From the NCBI GenBank assembly GCA_965216565.1, contig OZ244170.1, positions 576,001-640,000 on the forward strand: a stretch of DNA of 64,000 bases, in the 5' to 3' direction. Below the pieces are notes generated by a model that saw only the letters and a list, made by a program, of their open reading frames with translations, did not search any database and was not told the DNA's origin. Shown one piece after another: positions 9,009 to 19,646 of this stretch. The first letter of the stretch is position 1. Every line of letters begins with the position of its first letter. The stretch comes from Bythopirellula sp. Its GTDB lineage: Bacteria > Planctomycetota > Planctomycetia > Pirellulales > Lacipirellulaceae. The translations under genes were made by a program, and so were the position numbers.

Positions 9009-11123
9009 CTAGGCTACGTAACACATCAGCGTGTGATGGTTAAGTCGCAGCTTACCCGTCGATGGCAGTTTCGGCCCGTCTACCTTGGGATGGACATCAT
9101 GCGGCGCCTGGGCGGAGGTATCCACAAATTGGTTCCAGTCCAGCTTGCGAAGAGTCGGTGGGACAACGAACTCCTGCGATGCGGGGCCTGAATGCAGCAA
9201 GATCATAACAGGCCGAGCAGCAGGATCTTGTATCCCCTGAGTGCCCAATACGCAGACCATGCTCTTTGTTTCCTGTGTCCAGTCCATTAACTTGCCAGAG
9301 GCGGCATACCAGGCCACGTCGGGGAGCTCGCCATCTTCTCCTGCCCCGCCTGTCAGAAACGTCGGACGACGGACATTCGGCTGCTCCTTGCGGAAAGCGA
9401 TCAACGCCTCACAGAACCGCAGCATCTCGGCATTCTTGTCTAATAAACGCCAATCGAACCAACTAATGGCGTTGTCCTGGCAGTAGGCGTTATTGTTGCC
9501 GCGCTGAGTACGCAGCACTTCGTCCCCAGCGGAGATCATCGGCGTGCCCTGGCTGAGCAACATCGTAGCCATCATATTCTTGGCTTGGCGTCGGCGAAGT
9601 TCCATTATGTGCTTGCGACGCGTTGGGCCTTCCACTCCATAGTTGGCGCTGTAGTTATTGTTGTCGCCATCGCGGTTGTCTTCGCCATTGGCCTGGTTGT
9701 GCTTTTGCTCGTAGCTCACCAGGTCATTGAGCGGGTAGCCATCGTGCGAAGTCACGAAGTTGATGCTATGGTAAGGCCGACGATTGCTATGTTGATAAAG
9801 ATCACTGGAACCAGAGATCCGCGTCGCAATTTGCCCGGTGAGGCCGTGATCGCCCCGCCAATAGCGGCGCACATCGTCGCGGAAGTGGCCATTCCACTCC
9901 GCCCAGCGATGGTCGGCAAAAGAGCCCACTTGGAACGCGCCCGCCGCATCCCATGCTTCGGCAATAATCTTGGTATCGGCCAGCATTGGATCTTCGGCGA
10001 TTACCTCCACCAACGGCGGATTGGGGACCAATTCACCGGTCCTATCGCGGCTGAGGATCGAAGCCAGATCGAAGCGGAATCCGTCGATGTGGTAGTTGTA
10101 TACCCAGTGACGCAGACAGTGGAATATCATCTCTCGACAAATGGGGTGATTGCCGTTGACTGTATTCCCACAGCCCGAGTAGTTCTTATAGGTGCCGTCC
10201 TCATTCAGCATGTAGTAGACGTCGTTCTGCAGTCCCTTGAAGCTCAGCGTGGGGCCAAGATGATTGCCTTCTGCCGTGTGATTGAACACCACGTCGAGAA
10301 TGACTTCGATCCCCGCCTCATGCAATGCCCGCACCATTTGTTTGAATTGCACAACCTGATCGCCAGGTTTATTGCCATCCATGTAGCCTCGATGTGGAGC
10401 AAAAAAGGCCAGGGAATCGTAACCCCAAAAGTTGCGACGCTCCGGCGTATTGCCTAGCGCATCATTAATGGGAAATTCGTGAATCGGCATTAATTCAACG
10501 GCCGTCACACCCAGCGACTTGAGGTAGGGAATTTTTTCGATCACTCCCAGATACGTGCCGGGATGATCTGTCTCGCTCGTATTGCTTCGTGTGAAGCCAC
10601 GAACGTGCATCTCATAAATCACAGTTTCCGATAGCGGCCGACGCAAATGGCGATCGCCCTGCCAATCGAAGTTGTCCTCCACAGCTACACATTTCGGCGG
10701 ACGCACAATGCCGTCCTTCGAAGATTGAAACCGACCAGCGAGGGCTCGCGAATAAGGGTCGATCAGCCGAGCTTGGTTGTTGAACCGATGACCTGCTTCG
10801 GGGTTGTAAGGCCCATCCGCTTGGAAGTGATAAAGTTGTCCCGGTTTCAACCCAGGTACAAATACACTCCACAAATCACCCCAACGATCGGTTGACGGAT
10901 CAAATTCGATCTTGCGATACGGATCGCGATCGTTGACGCGGCGATACAGGAGGACACTCATGGCTACAGCGCTTTTGCTATAGACGACGAACTGAACCCC
11001 GTCTTCCTGGACGACTGCACCGTAGGGTAGGGGATAGTGGAATTGTAAACCGCGTTTGGAGTTTGGCATTACAAATCGGGTTTGTCCCGTATTCGAAACA
11101 AACGGCGACCATTGGGTGATCAT
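9009..11123 (-). CDS. glgX: Glycogen debranching enzyme (GH13 isoamylase type); start may be a later Met
   Basis: IYEMHVRGFT, NFWGY, DVVFNHT, DGFRFDLAS, IAEAWD, SHDG, GNNNAYCQDN. Confidence 0.95.
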   Translation of the reverse strand: MITQWSPFVSNTGQTRFVMPNSKRGLQFHYPLPYGAVVQEDGVQFVVYSKSAVAMSVLLYRRVNDRDPYRKIEFDPSTDRWGDLWSVFVPGLKPGQLYHFQADGPYNPEAGHRFNNQARLIDPYSRALAGRFQSSKDGIVRPPKCVAVEDNFDWQGDRHLRRPLSETVIYEMHVRGFTRSNTSETDHPGTYLGVIEKIPYLKSLGVTAVELMPIHEFPINDALGNTPERRNFWGYDSLAFFAPHRGYMDGNKPGDQVVQFKQMVRALHEAGIEVILDVVFNHTAEGNHLGPTLSFKGLQNDVYYMLNEDGTYKNYSGCGNTVNGNHPICREMIFHCLRHWVYNYHIDGFRFDLASILSRDRTGELVPNPPLVEVIAEDPMLADTKIIAEAWDAAGAFQVGSFADHRWAEWNGHFRDDVRRYWRGDHGLTGQIATRISGSSDLYQHSNRRPYHSINFVTSHDGYPLNDLVSYEQKHNQANGEDNRDGDNNNYSANYGVEGPTRRKHIMELRRRQAKNMMATMLLSQGTPMISAGDEVLRTQRGNNNAYCQDNAISWFDWRLLDKNAEMLRFCEALIAFRKEQPNVRRPTFLTGGAGEDGELPDVAWYAASGKLMDWTQETKSMVCVLGTQGIQDPAARPVMILLHSGPASQEFVVPPTLRKLDWNQFVDTSAQAPHDVHPKVDGPKLPSTGKLRLNHHTLMCYVA

Positions 11124-11548
11124 GGGTGAAGACTCTCGGTGATTTGGGGGAAGTGTTTCAGGCTAATCGCTCACTGGAAGCAGACGCTCTGCGCCAGGCT
11201 TTGCTAAGCTCGAACGATCGTGTCCTTTACACTTCGACCGGGAGTCTTCCTTTGCGTGAAATTTTGTTAGGTGGGCGGCAGAGATTCGGTGGACGATATC
11301 TCTGGAGTGACCGCTGTGGCCGGTGCTACAGGGCCGAGTGGCGTGATCCCGCTGTTCGGTGTGCGAGACGAATCTTCGCTACCCAACCCAATCGGAACCT
11401 CTGTTGGGTGCTAATCGTAAAGACTAGCACGAACTGCCCGACATAGCCGGACACCTCGGAAAGCTTTGCGCCGACCGCAGGCACCTTAAGAGTGTACCTG
11501 CTATGCCGGGGCCGGTCGAATCGACATGGCCCCTACAAACGGGCCTCG

Positions 11549-11577
11549 TTGACACTACCAGATAAAACGCTCAAAAT
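11549..11577 (+). promoter_or_regulatory. Putative sigma-70 promoter of purM
   Basis: TTGACA-N17-CAAAAT, 35 nt upstream of the ATG at 11613. Confidence 0.5.
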
Positions 11578-11612
11578 TGCGGTCTCCGGTCCGCCACGCA
11601 ATGTGAATCTAA

Positions 11613-12674
11613 ATGGAAAAAATCACCTACCGAGACGCCGGAGTCGACCTGGCAACCTATCAGGAATCGATGGCGCGGCTGCCTTCGCTGCTCAAGCGTA
11701 CTCACTGTTCTCGCGTTATGCCTTGGTCAGGCGGCTATGCGGGGCTGTTCCAGCTCGATTTCTCCGAGGGGCTGTTTTCTCGGAATTATCAGCAGCCGGT
11801 CCTAGTTTCCTGCACAGACGGTGTGGGGACCAAGCTCAAAGTCGCTCAGATGACGGGGCAGCATCGGTCGATCGGCATCGATTTGGTGGCCATGTGCGTG
11901 AACGACGCCATCTGCTGCGGGGCTGAACCTCTGTTCTTTCTCGACTATGTCGCCATGGCCGAGGACGATCCTGGGCTCTTGGAGCAAATCGTCGAAGGCA
12001 TTAGCAACGGCTGCGTTGAGAGCGATGCGGCTCTCGTAGGCGGAGAGACGGCCATCATGCCTGATCTCTATCAAGCGGGTGACTACGATCTGGCAGGGTT
12101 CTGTGTGGGCATCGTCGAGCGATCTCGCATGCTCGATGGTAGTGCAATAGCCGCCGGCGATGTGGTGCTGGGCGTCGCCTCTAGCGGTATCCATTCCAAC
12201 GGCTATAGCCTGGTGAGAAAGATTGTGTTCGAGCACTCAGGCCTATCGGTCGACGATCACGTCGAAGAACTAGACCAAACCGTAGGCGAGGTGTTGCTGA
12301 AACCCACACAACTGTACGTCCGACCGGTGCGCGAGGTTTTGAACCACTACAAAGTGAAGTCCGTGGTGCACGGCATCGCTCACATCACCGGCGGCGGCTT
12401 GCATGAAAATCTAGGAAGAATCCTTCCTGACGGTATCGACGCAGTAATCACCCGCGACAGCTGGACAGTCCCCCTCGAGTTTCCCTGGCTACAAAAGTTA
12501 GGTAACGTCGACGACGAAGAAATGGAGCGCGTGTTCAATATGGGCGTGGGGCTGGCGCTTGTGGTCAGCGACTATTATGCGGAAAGCATCCAACAACAGC
12601 TAAACGGACTGGGCTTCGAGGCCTCGGTCATCGGACAAACCGTGGCTGGCAATGGCGAAAGCCGTTGGGGTTAG
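11613..12674 (+). CDS. purM: Phosphoribosylformylglycinamidine cyclo-ligase (AIR synthetase)
   Basis: [47 protein letters not shown]. Confidence 0.97.
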   Translation: MEKITYRDAGVDLATYQESMARLPSLLKRTHCSRVMPWSGGYAGLFQLDFSEGLFSRNYQQPVLVSCTDGVGTKLKVAQMTGQHRSIGIDLVAMCVNDAICCGAEPLFFLDYVAMAEDDPGLLEQIVEGISNGCVESDAALVGGETAIMPDLYQAGDYDLAGFCVGIVERSRMLDGSAIAAGDVVLGVASSGIHSNGYSLVRKIVFEHSGLSVDDHVEELDQTVGEVLLKPTQLYVRPVREVLNHYKVKSVVHGIAHITGGGLHENLGRILPDGIDAVITRDSWTVPLEFPWLQKLGNVDDEEMERVFNMGVGLALVVSDYYAESIQQQLNGLGFEASVIGQTVAGNGESRWG

Positions 12675-12773
12675 TACTCCGCAAGCCTCGAACGTAAGTG
12701 ACGGGACCGTAGACGGGTCCATAGGCCGAGCGGACTTCAGTCCGCCGGAGCACCAGGAAAAGCCGAATCTGCA

Positions 12774-13811
12774 CTAAACGGTTACAGGTTCGCGTTTCAA
12801 CGGCTCGATGCAGTTGGTATAGAACTGCTCAATATCCGCCTCGGGCCCCATCAGGATGGCGACGTCACCGACTTCGATGATTACTTCATCCTTAGGATTA
12901 AACAGGTTTTCGCCGTCTTTGCGTTTGAGGGCGACGATCATGACTCCCTCCGTGCTAGGCAGATCTTCCGCTTCGCGAACCGTGCGGCCCACGAACGGGC
13001 TCTTAGCGGTGAACTCAAACTCTTCCAGCTCCGCGTTGACGCCTGACTCGTGACCGACGCAACGCAACAGGTTCGATGCCTCGGGTCGGATGATGATGTC
13101 CGCCATCCGCTCAGCACCGATTACCGCGGGTAGCACCACTTGGGTGGCACCGGCTTGAAGCAACTTTTTCTCAGTGCGAGGATGTTCGCCGCGGGCGATA
13201 ATTTCGATGTTTGGGTTTAGATTGTGGGCCGTCAGGGTGAGGAACACATTGTCGGCATCGCTGGAGAGTGCAATGACAATCGATTTGGCACGTTCGATAC
13301 CTACGAAGTTAAGAACTTCTTCGTCGGTGGCATCGCCATCGACATACAAATACTTGTGAGATTTCAATTCTAAGACCGACTCGGCACTGGGATCGATGAC
13401 CACAAATGGCACCCGATGGCGAGATAGTCGGTGCGCCAGGTTCTGCCCGATGCGACCGAATCCACAGATGATTACGTGGTTCTCTAGCTTGTTAATTTCC
13501 TTCGACATACGTCTCTCTCCCATTGCCCGATCAAATTGTCCTTCGACAATTGCTTGAATCATCATGCCTAGCGTGTATGCCACGGCACACATGCCGACGA
13601 GAATAACAGTGACGGTAAGCCACTGGTCGCTGACAGTAAGTGAAGGCTCGACGATTTCCGAGTAACCGACCCCAAAGATGGTAATGACGGTCCAATAGAG
13701 CGAGTCGAGCAGCGTTTCGTCGTTCAGATGGTTATGCCCTAGGATAGAAAAGACGAACAAGGCGCCCAAAGCCAAGGCACCGCGTCGAGCTCGTATCAGG
13801 GCAGGATTCAT
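12774..13811 (-). CDS. Two-TM potassium channel with TrkA-N/TrkA-C (RCK) domains
   Basis: Pore segment YWTVITIFGVGYSE, Rossmann ICGFGRIG, GDAT, C-terminal RCK_C; start overlaps the argJ stop (TGATG). Confidence 0.85.
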   Translation of the reverse strand: MNPALIRARRGALALGALFVFSILGHNHLNDETLLDSLYWTVITIFGVGYSEIVEPSLTVSDQWLTVTVILVGMCAVAYTLGMMIQAIVEGQFDRAMGERRMSKEINKLENHVIICGFGRIGQNLAHRLSRHRVPFVVIDPSAESVLELKSHKYLYVDGDATDEEVLNFVGIERAKSIVIALSSDADNVFLTLTAHNLNPNIEIIARGEHPRTEKKLLQAGATQVVLPAVIGAERMADIIIRPEASNLLRCVGHESGVNAELEEFEFTAKSPFVGRTVREAEDLPSTEGVMIVALKRKDGENLFNPKDEVIIEVGDVAILMGPEADIEQFYTNCIEPLKREPVTV

Positions 13812-15001
13812 CAGGTATGGTAGTCGGCATTAAGTCGGACATATTCTGCCGTTAGGTCAGTTGTCCAAAATCGTGCGGACGCTTCTCCATCGTCAAGGAG
13901 CAAAACGATGCCTGTGTCTCGATTAGCCTTCATTTCAGTCGAGACGGCATCGGCGTCGAACTCTACCGGGGCTCCGTTTTCATAGAGCAGTGTGCCATTC
14001 ACCAAGAGGCTCACTCTAGCCGGGTCGAACGCTACACCAGCGTAGCCCGCGGCTGAGACGATGCGGCCCCAATTTGGATCATTCCCAGCCACTGCGGTCT
14101 TCACCAATGGACTGTCCGCGACGGTCTTAGCGATTTTGACGGCATCAGCCCGGCTTTTACTGCCGTGAACTTCAATGGTGATCAGGTGCGTCGCCCCTTC
14201 GCCATCGGCGGGGATCGATTGAGCGAGATGCTCGCAGACCTCGACCAACGTAGCTTGGAATTTGGCCAGATCGTTGCCCGCCAACTTCGGGCCCCCAGCC
14301 GCGCCATTGGCCAGCAGAACAACGCAGTCGCTCGTGCTCATATGGCCATCGACACTAATGCAGTTAAACGATTCATCGACGGCGTCCTTTAGACCAGCCT
14401 GGGCATCGTCCATGGATATGGCGGCATCGGTCACGACGACTGCCAACATTGTCGCCATGTTGGGGCCAATCATCGCGGCTCCCTTGGCCATGCCTGAGAT
14501 CCGAATCGGTGGGTCGAGTTCAATATCTCTGCAGCAGATTTTCACTCGCGTATCGGTCGTCATCATGCCTCGAGCCGCATTAATCAAAGATGAGCCGTCG
14601 TTCTTAAGCTCACTAGCAGCCATGCTGATGCCACGAGCGATTTTATCCATAGGCAAGAAATCGCCAATCAAGCCCGTCGAGAGCACCAACGCTTGTTCGC
14701 CAGAGAAGCCGCAAGCCTCGCCGGTGAGTTCGGCCATTTTCTCGGCATCCCGATCGCCACGCTCGCCGGTACATGCATTCGAAATGCCCGAGTTGATGAC
14801 GACGCCTCGAATTGCCTCGCTGGGCGTGCGGCTTCGGTTTAGCTTTACGGGGGCTCCGTGAACCAGATTTTGCGTATACACTCCCGCGGCAACGGCAGGA
14901 CGATCGGAAACTACCAGAGAGAGATCCAGCTTCTCTGTGTTTCTTTTGACGCCCGAGTAGACTCCTGCCGCTTGGTATCCTTGTGGGAGCTGATCTGCCA
15001 T
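13811..15001 (-). CDS. argJ: Bifunctional glutamate N-acetyltransferase / ornithine acetyltransferase
   Basis: GMAKGAAMIGPNMATML autoproteolysis site, DGEGATH, SPLVKTA, DPNWGR. Confidence 0.96.
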   Translation of the reverse strand: MADQLPQGYQAAGVYSGVKRNTEKLDLSLVVSDRPAVAAGVYTQNLVHGAPVKLNRSRTPSEAIRGVVINSGISNACTGERGDRDAEKMAELTGEACGFSGEQALVLSTGLIGDFLPMDKIARGISMAASELKNDGSSLINAARGMMTTDTRVKICCRDIELDPPIRISGMAKGAAMIGPNMATMLAVVVTDAAISMDDAQAGLKDAVDESFNCISVDGHMSTSDCVVLLANGAAGGPKLAGNDLAKFQATLVEVCEHLAQSIPADGEGATHLITIEVHGSKSRADAVKIAKTVADSPLVKTAVAGNDPNWGRIVSAAGYAGVAFDPARVSLLVNGTLLYENGAPVEFDADAVSTEMKANRDTGIVLLLDDGEASARFWTTDLTAEYVRLNADYHT

Positions 15002-15020
15002 ACGCCGCCAAGTGCTTTCT

Positions 15021-16031
15021 CTAGAGTAGTGCCGTAGTTTCGGGGAAGTCGTAGATCAAATTGAAGTTTTGCACGGCCGCGCCGGAGGCTCCCTTCAGTA
15101 GATTGTCAATCACGCTTACGGTGACCACTTTGCCGCGGACAACTCGTGTGGCGATGTCGCAGAAGTTGGTACCAACAACTTGTTTCGTCGTGGGCAAATC
15201 GTCAACCACTCGTACGAAGGGTTCGTCCTTGTAAAAGTCCTTCAGAACTTGCTGCACCGCATCGGCATCGCACGCCTTAGTCGGTTCGCTGTAAGTAGTG
15301 GAGAGAATGCCTCGGTCCATGGGAACCAAGTGTGGTGTGAACACCACGTTTGTGGTCGCATTTGCCGTCTTGGAGAGAATGAGGTCGATCTCAGGGGTAT
15401 GCCGATGTTCTCCCACGCCGTAGGCAGCGAAGCTCTCGTTCGATTCTGGAAAGTGTAGATTGGGCTTGGGATTGCGTCCTGCTCCACTGACTCCGCTCTT
15501 GCTATCGACGACAATTCCTTGAGGCGAAATGACCCCTGCCTTCAGCAAAGGAGCCAACGCCAAAATTGCGGATGTTGGATAGCAACCGGGATTAGCAACC
15601 AAGTCCGCGCCACGAATATCGTCGCGGAACAACTCAGGCAGACCATACACGGTTTCCGGCAGTCGTTTGGGATCGGGGTGCTCTACGCCGTACCACTCGG
15701 TGTAGGTTTGCGGGTCGTCGAGGCGATAGTCGGCAGAGAAATCGACTACTCTACAGCCGGCCGCTAGCAGTTGGCTCACAGCTTCGGCGCTTGCCGCATG
15801 GGGTAAACAGCCGAACACGCAGTCCGCTCGCTCAGCAACCTCGGCGGTGGTCAGATTTTCGAGTTCTAGATCCAAGCGATCTCGAATCGCAGGATGAACC
15901 GTCGAAACATGGGGCCGATGCTCTTGCCGCGTGGTTAGAACGGATACCTCTACCTCCGGATGCCTCAGCAGCAGCGGTAGCAATTCCCGAGCCGTATAGC
16001 CCGTGGCACCGAGAATTGCCGTACGAATCAT
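15021..16031 (-). CDS. argC: N-acetyl-gamma-glutamyl-phosphate reductase
   Basis: GATGY, ANPGCYPT, SGVSGAG, DNLLKGASG. Confidence 0.97.
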   Translation of the reverse strand: MIRTAILGATGYTARELLPLLLRHPEVEVSVLTTRQEHRPHVSTVHPAIRDRLDLELENLTTAEVAERADCVFGCLPHAASAEAVSQLLAAGCRVVDFSADYRLDDPQTYTEWYGVEHPDPKRLPETVYGLPELFRDDIRGADLVANPGCYPTSAILALAPLLKAGVISPQGIVVDSKSGVSGAGRNPKPNLHFPESNESFAAYGVGEHRHTPEIDLILSKTANATTNVVFTPHLVPMDRGILSTTYSEPTKACDADAVQQVLKDFYKDEPFVRVVDDLPTTKQVVGTNFCDIATRVVRGKVVTVSVIDNLLKGASGAAVQNFNLIYDFPETTALL

Positions 16032-16385
16032 AGTTCAACCAGGGGAGAGGGGTAATTCGTTTGATCTACGCGAAATTGCTAGACTCGTAAGTATACAGCC
16101 GGGGTATGGCCCTCGCTACAGGTCGAAAGACGCAGCACAACTCTGTCGCTACAGACGCTGGAGGGGCAGGCTAGGGCAGGGACACTTAGCGATTCTTCCC
16201 GGTTCGTAATAACCAGCACAGAATGACCCCATCTCTTGCGAACTTGGGAAGAACCAGTAGCTAGCGTTCAACCTGGGCTGGACTTGCAGCCGAGACAAAG
16301 TGGGGGTTAAATAAACAGCGGGATTAGAGCAAATACACGATTGAGCCTTCAGGGATTCCAAAAGGCCAAGAGGAGAATAATAACT

Positions 16386-16598
16386 ATGTCGCCGACAGAT
16401 CAAAAAAAGAACTTAGGCATTTCTGACGAAGCGGTTTCCAAGCGTGCCTATCAGATATGGGAAGAGCGTGGTTGCCCCAATGACGACGGCTCTGATAATT
16501 GGCAATTGGCCCAAAAGCAGCTACTTGCGGAAGCCCGCCGACGCCAGCCACCCATTTTGCGGCTTCTCAATCGACTGCGTCTTCGAGCGGCCATGTAG
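16386..16598 (+). CDS. DUF2934-type small protein
   Basis: RAYQIWEERG...DNWQLAQKQL; AGGAGA RBS upstream of the ATG at 16386. Confidence 0.75.
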   Translation: MSPTDQKKNLGISDEAVSKRAYQIWEERGCPNDDGSDNWQLAQKQLLAEARRRQPPILRLLNRLRLRAAM

Positions 16599-16631
16599 TC
16601 GAGTTCCGAGCATCTTTCCACTGCTAACGAT

Positions 16632-17264
16632 TCAAATTGCGTCAATCAAATGACGCTGAATTACGGCTAGGATCTCGCGGCCGACCTCAGGCTTTGGCCC
16701 CGAAAACTGGTGGAGCACTTCCCCTTGCGGGTCGATGATCTCGACATTGTTTTCGGCAGCGTGCATTGCCTCGACGCCGTTGGAAACCATCAGGTCGCAG
16801 CTCTTTCGTTGCAACTTGGCTAACGCGCGGAATCGGTGGTCCTCTGTTTCTAAAGCGAAACCGACAACCCACCGTTGACCTTTGGTGGAGGCTAGCGTGG
16901 CAACGACATCCGCAGTTTCGATCAGTTCCAAGACGAGCGGAGCGCCGGTCTTGGCAATCTTGCTAGCTTCGATTTGTCGCGGGCGGTAGTCGGAAGGGGC
17001 CGCTGCGCCGATCATTCCATCGCAGCTTTCAAACTCGCGCTCTGCTGCCTCGAGCATTTCTTCCGTAGAGGTAACCGGCACAACTTGGGCGGTAGCCGGA
17101 TATTTGATTTCTACAGGACCACTGACGACCACCACTTCGTGCCCGAGTCGCAAGGCAGCCTCAGTAAGTGCCAGACCCATGCGTCCGCTGGATGCATTCG
17201 TTAGATAGCGAACCGGATCGATGTATTGCCGCGTGGGGCCCGAGGTGACGAGGATTCTAGCCAT
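16632..17264 (-). CDS. coaB: Phosphopantothenate-cysteine ligase (stand-alone CoaB)
   Basis: VTSGPTRQYIDPVRYLTNASSGRMG, AAAPSDY, VGFALET. Confidence 0.92.
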   Translation of the reverse strand: MARILVTSGPTRQYIDPVRYLTNASSGRMGLALTEAALRLGHEVVVVSGPVEIKYPATAQVVPVTSTEEMLEAAEREFESCDGMIGAAAPSDYRPRQIEASKIAKTGAPLVLELIETADVVATLASTKGQRWVVGFALETEDHRFRALAKLQRKSCDLMVSNGVEAMHAAENNVEIIDPQGEVLHQFSGPKPEVGREILAVIQRHLIDAI

Positions 17265-17278
17265 GCGGCTCTACCCAG

Positions 17279-17815
17279 TTATTTGGCTAGAAGAGACGTG
17301 ATGGCGGCTTTGATGTCGCCAGGCTCAGCCATGCGACCCACTCCCTTATCGCGGCAGCTCAGCCAGCCTTCTTGAGGGTCGGCGAATTGAACGCCGTCAT
17401 CTTGCAATTGCTGAAAATTCCGCTGCACTGCAGGTTTCTCCCACATCTCTCCGTTCATGGCGGGGGCCATCAGGACAGGTCCGCGGAATGAAAGCAGTAG
17501 CGTGCTGAGCAGATCGTCGGCCATCCCAAGTGCGGCTTTGGCCATGAAATCGGCCGACGTGGGGGCGATGCAAAGCAACTCCGCCTTTCGGGCGAGTTCG
17601 ATGTGCGCGCCAAGAGGGTAACGGCGGTCGAAGATATCGGTGCAAACACCGCGGCCGGTCAGCGCCCGAAATGTTGCCGCGCCAATGAATTCTTGTGCGG
17701 AATGCGTCAGAACGACTGTTACACCAAAGTCGCTTTGCACCAAATCACTGACCAGGGAAGCCACCTTGTAGGCCGCGATTCCACCGGTAACACCAACAAC
17801 AATTTCCTGAGGCAT
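17279..17815 (-). CDS. coaC: Phosphopantothenoylcysteine decarboxylase (stand-alone CoaC)
   Basis: GVTGGIAAYK, HIELA, PAMNGEMW, LSCRDKGVGRM. Confidence 0.92.
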   Translation of the reverse strand: MPQEIVVGVTGGIAAYKVASLVSDLVQSDFGVTVVLTHSAQEFIGAATFRALTGRGVCTDIFDRRYPLGAHIELARKAELLCIAPTSADFMAKAALGMADDLLSTLLLSFRGPVLMAPAMNGEMWEKPAVQRNFQQLQDDGVQFADPQEGWLSCRDKGVGRMAEPGDIKAAITSLLAK

Positions 17816-17838
17816 GCGAGTCTTGGTTGTCTCAGGGT

Positions 17839-18105
17839 TTAAAGATCAGACAAGTTCAATTCCGGTGGACCACCGCCTGCTTCGGGAGTCTCGCTGGCAA
17901 TCTGAACTTCGTTCGAGCTATCCAGGTAGATCTTGTCTTGCAGAATCTCTTGAACAACTACTTCCATTTTGTCTTCTGAATTGAAATCTACGAGGGCACG
18001 GGCACCAGCGTTGATGGCTGCTAGGCGTTTCTGGATCAGGGTAGAAAGCTTAAAGCGTCCGCCTACTTTTCGTACGATCTCTTCTTCTTTCAAGGCATCA
18101 ATCAT
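17839..18105 (-). CDS. rpoZ: RNA polymerase omega subunit
   Basis: KVGGRFKLSTLIQKR; conserved gmk-rpoZ-coa gene order. Confidence 0.85.
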   Translation of the reverse strand: MIDALKEEEIVRKVGGRFKLSTLIQKRLAAINAGARALVDFNSEDKMEVVVQEILQDKIYLDSSNEVQIASETPEAGGGPPELNLSDL

Positions 18106-18691
18106 TACTTAAACCTTTGTCGATTAGAATCTGACTTATTTCTTCGACCGCCTCGCGGACCGAATCGTTGATTACTTGGTGTTCGTAGCCTTCAGCCAAG
18201 TCGAGTTCGCGTTGCGCCGCACTCAAACGCCGCTGGATTGCTTCTTCGTTTTCGGTGCCCCGGCTGCGGAGACGCCGTTCCAGTTCTGCCAAGGTTTCGG
18301 GACGGATAAAGATGGTCAGTGCTTGACCGAACCTCTCAAGCACCTCCTCCGCTCCTTCAACATCAATCTCCAAGATAACCCATTGTCCCGCTTCCAGGCT
18401 AGGGCTGACTTCGCTGACCAAGGTGCCATACCAGTGTCCGTGGCCAAAAACCTCGACACATTCCAGGAATTCGCCGGATTCCCGCCGACGAGCAAATTCT
18501 TCCTGCGACAGGTAATGGTAGTCGACACCGTCCTGCTCGCCAGGTCGGGGAGGACGAGTCGTGGCCGACACGCTCATGCGAAGGCTGCGTGGGAACCGTG
18601 CCAAGACTTCCTTCACAACCGTAGATTTGCCCACTCCCGAAGGTCCAGAAATTACAACCAGATTGCCCGGGACAACGCTATCCATACTCAT
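18098..18691 (-). CDS. gmk: Guanylate kinase
   Basis: P-loop SGPSGVGKST, SATTRPPRPGEQDGVDYHY, WYGT. Confidence 0.96.
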   Translation of the reverse strand: MSMDSVVPGNLVVISGPSGVGKSTVVKEVLARFPRSLRMSVSATTRPPRPGEQDGVDYHYLSQEEFARRRESGEFLECVEVFGHGHWYGTLVSEVSPSLEAGQWVILEIDVEGAEEVLERFGQALTIFIRPETLAELERRLRSRGTENEEAIQRRLSAAQRELDLAEGYEHQVINDSVREAVEEISQILIDKGLSND

Positions 18692-18694
18692 TCG

Positions 18695-19582
18695 TTACTG
18701 CACGTTCTGAATCTGTTCTCGGATGCGTTCCAAGGCTGTCTTGATTTCTACCACCTGAGAAGAGATTTCCGCGTCGTTTGCCTTAGAGCCAATGGTGTTG
18801 GTCTCTCGGCCCATTTCTTGGCAGATAAACTCCAGCTTACGTCCTGCACTTTCCTCAAGCTCCAAGGCCTCGTGGAATTGCTGCAGGTGGCTCTTCAAGC
18901 GGACCACTTCTTCGGAGATGTCCGAGCGATCGGCAAACATTGCCACTTCTCGAATTAAATCTGGTGGCTCAACGGTGACTTTTAGTTCTCCAAGGACCTC
19001 AGCTACCCGATCCTCGATCCGTTTTCGATAATGCTCGACGACGCGGGGCGCAAGCTCTTCGATGGCCTCCAAACTCTGTTTCACGGCTAAGCATTGCTGA
19101 CGCAAGTCTTCACCGAGTGCGGCTCCCTCAGCAGCGCGCATTTCGGTGAGATTCTCAAGCGCTCTGCGCAGCAATGGTTCGAGCAACGGCCAAATTGCGG
19201 TGGGATCTTCTGCATCCTCGGAAAGCTCTTCGACCACACCAGGTAAACCAGTTAGTGACTCGAGTCGGACTCGCTCGTCCAAATTACGCTTGGCCGCGAT
19301 CTCTTGCAATTGATCGACGTAGAGGTTCACCAATTGCTTGTTGATGCGATAATCGTCGGCAACGCCGATATGACGAATTCGCAAATTGCATTGTACGGTG
19401 CCGCGCTTAACGAATTCGCGGATAACCTTCTCCGCAGAAGATTCCAGTGCTCCATAGCCTTCCGTCATGCGCAGGCTTAATTTGAAGTGGCGGCTGTTTA
19501 CGGTGCGCAGCTCGACAGAAAACGCGTAGTCGTCGCGTTTTTCGCGGACTTCACCAAAACCAGTCATGCTCAGCAAAGACAC
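18695..19582 (-). CDS. yicC: YicC/YloC family endoribonuclease
   Basis: SMTGFG, DISEEVVRLKSH, GRKLEFICQEMGRETNTIGSK, REQIQNVQ. Confidence 0.93.
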   Translation of the reverse strand: MSLLSMTGFGEVREKRDDYAFSVELRTVNSRHFKLSLRMTEGYGALESSAEKVIREFVKRGTVQCNLRIRHIGVADDYRINKQLVNLYVDQLQEIAAKRNLDERVRLESLTGLPGVVEELSEDAEDPTAIWPLLEPLLRRALENLTEMRAAEGAALGEDLRQQCLAVKQSLEAIEELAPRVVEHYRKRIEDRVAEVLGELKVTVEPPDLIREVAMFADRSDISEEVVRLKSHLQQFHEALELEESAGRKLEFICQEMGRETNTIGSKANDAEISSQVVEIKTALERIREQIQNVQ

Positions 19583-19646
19583 GCTGAATCCTTATGCGAC
19601 ATGCGATGGAATCAAACCAGCATAGACAGGGAGCAAGACGATGCGA

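Noticed and set aside
9585..10457. Long alternative ORFs (e.g. 9585-10457, 18176-18958, 14262-14861, 22749-23351, 57372-58025)
   Set aside because: Antisense shadows of well-supported genes, without motifs of their own.
11124..11612. Purine/ZTP riboswitch or small gene upstream of purM
   Set aside because: No recognisable aptamer consensus; the likely promoter is only about 35 nt from the start; ORF 11126-11446 has no recognisable features.
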